Positions 30,863-32,000 of a stretch of 32,000 nt of DNA are shown in pieces. The position numbers were made by a program, and so were the translations under genes. The notes beneath the pieces are model-generated. The model did not search any database, was not told where the DNA came from, and saw nothing but the letters and a program-made list of their open reading frames with translations. Position 1 is the first letter of the stretch; every line of letters begins with the position of its first letter. Source of the stretch: Candidatus Saccharibacteria bacterium oral taxon 488. GTDB lineage: Bacteria; Patescibacteriota; Saccharimonadia; Saccharimonadales; Saccharimonadaceae. The stretch spans positions 1 through 32,000 of the forward strand of contig CP047921.1 in the NCBI GenBank assembly GCA_010202845.1, written 5' to 3'.

Positions 30863-32000
30863 TTAGATTGCTGTCATTGATAAACTTGGCTGCACTTCCA
30901 GGTCGTACGGGTCAGCCGGCGGGTCGATTTGAGTACGGAAATAGCCGAGCGCAGCGATCATGGCGGCATTGTCGGTGCAGAGCTGGATCGGTGCATATTC
31001 GATGTCGATTGGCAAGACATCACGCAGTTGGCGGCGTAATTCTTGATTGGCGGCGACCCCGCCGGCGATGACGACGGAGGCGGGCTGGAAATTGTCATAG
31101 GCTTTCTTAGTCTTGTCGACCAGGGTTTTAACGGCGGTGTACTGGAAGCTGGCTGCCATATTATGCCTCAGTTCATCGTTTACTAGGGCAGGAAGCTCAT
31201 GCGACGGGAAGGTGAAGTCTTTGCCCTCTTCGCGCTGAACAGCTCTCAGAACGGCTGTCTTGAGGCCGGAGAAGGAAAAATCGTACTCGCCGGCGAGTTT
31301 GGCGATGGGCAGGTGAAAGGCGTGAGGATCACCGAGCTCGGCTGCCTTGGCGATGGCCGGGCCGCCAGGGTAGGGCAGGCCAATGATTTTGGCGACCTTG
31401 TCGAACGCCTCGCCGACGGCATCGTCTTGGGTCTGGCCGATGAGCCGGTAGTCGCCGTGATTCTGGAAAAGGACGAGCTGCGAATGCCCGCCAGAGACGA
31501 TGAGGGCGAGGAGGGGGAAAGCGGGTTGATGATATGGTAAAGACAGCACCAAATCGCTAGAATTAACAACGGCTTCCGCACGCCGAGATGCTTTCTCGTC
31601 AGATTCTTTGGCGACTGCATTGAGGACGTCGCCAACCTCAGCAATCATCTTTTCGGAGTACTCTTTACGGGTGGCTTCGCCAGCCCGTGGCGTTCGGCTG
31701 ACGGGGCTTGGCGCGCCCATCACAGCCTCTTCAAAGACGACTGCTGAGGTTGGCTCGACAGTTTTTGACTTATCAATAATATGGCGAGATCCTTGTTTTG
31801 TAATGAAATTAGCATACACATGCGCCTCGACGTGGTGTATCTTGTAAAGCGGTTTGTCGTGAATGATGGCGAGGGTACGGGCGGCGAGAGTGCCGATGAG
31901 CAGCGAGCCGATCAGCCCGGGCGCGTAGGTGACGGCGATGGCGTCGATATCGTCCCAGGTGCAATCAGCGTCGGACAGGGCTTTTTTGATGACCGGGTTA
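30863..32000 (-). CDS. tsaD: tRNA N6-adenosine threonylcarbamoyltransferase TsaD (5' end beyond window), with a large internal insertion
   Basis: The frame is open to the window edge. Translation of 31999-31820 gives ...DAIAVTYAPGLIGSLLIGTLAARTLAIIHDKPLYKIHHVEAH. Downstream motifs are ALIVSGGHSQL, DDAVGEAFDKVAKIIGLPYPGGP, DFSFSGLKTAV, VIAGGVAANQELR and CTDNAAMIA. The ORF-track start at 31819 is an internal GTG. Confidence 0.92.
   Translation of the reverse strand, partial: NPVIKKALSDADCTWDDIDAIAVTYAPGLIGSLLIGTLAARTLAIIHDKPLYKIHHVEAHVYANFITKQGSRHIIDKSKTVEPTSAVVFEEAVMGAPSPVSRTPRAGEATRKEYSEKMIAEVGDVLNAVAKESDEKASRRAEAVVNSSDLVLSLPYHQPAFPLLALIVSGGHSQLVLFQNHGDYRLIGQTQDDAVGEAFDKVAKIIGLPYPGGPAIAKAAELGDPHAFHLPIAKLAGEYDFSFSGLKTAVLRAVQREEGKDFTFPSHELPALVNDELRHNMAASFQYTAVKTLVDKTKKAYDNFQPASVVIAGGVAANQELRRQLRDVLPIDIEYAPIQLCTDNAAMIAALGYFRTQIDPPADPYDLEVQPSLSMTAI

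Noticed and set aside
31199-31644. 113-aa plus-strand and 132-aa minus-strand ORFs within tsaD
   Set aside because: They overlap the tsaD frame, which carries all canonical TsaD motifs. I considered whether the insertion region might be a separate gene, but the tsaD frame is continuous through it.

Overview
The window starts exactly at the GTG start of dnaA. A DnaA-box-rich dnaA-dnaN spacer (candidate oriC) and dnaN follow. Convergent on dnaN is a ~16 kb minus-strand operon (18649 down to 2710) that reads as a minimized, Gram-positive-style type IV secretion (T4SS)-like apparatus. In transcription order it encodes: two tandem paralogous giant VirB6/TrbL-like polytopic proteins; a PrgI/VirB3-like protein; a P/Q-rich protein; a VirB4-family ATPase; a 1068-aa membrane protein ending in a papain/C39-like Cys-peptidase domain; two small bitopic membrane proteins; and a 713-aa lysozyme-like + CHAP cell-wall hydrolase fused to a second TM-anchored domain. 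No coupling protein (VirD4), relaxase, VirB11 or integrase is visible anywhere in the 32 kb. Beyond a Tat-type lipoprotein gene and tRNA-Asp lies a plus-strand array of six VirB2/TrbC-like T4SS pilin paralogs (20066-22390). A seventh copy sits at 26052-26459. The rest is housekeeping: hsp20, comFC, rlmH, a frameshifted SGNH hydrolase, tRNA-Ser(TGA), tRNA-Ser(CGA), tRNA-Arg(GCG), tRNA-Ser(GCT), a membrane protein, a His-rich small ORF behind a near-consensus promoter, valS with an unusual twin-palindrome leader, a FemAB-family gene, and tsaD (5' end cut by the window edge) carrying a large internal insertion. The gene density, pilin array and gene set suggest a reduced-genome Patescibacteria/CPR (Saccharibacteria-like) organism. 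That assignment is inference only and was not checked against any database.
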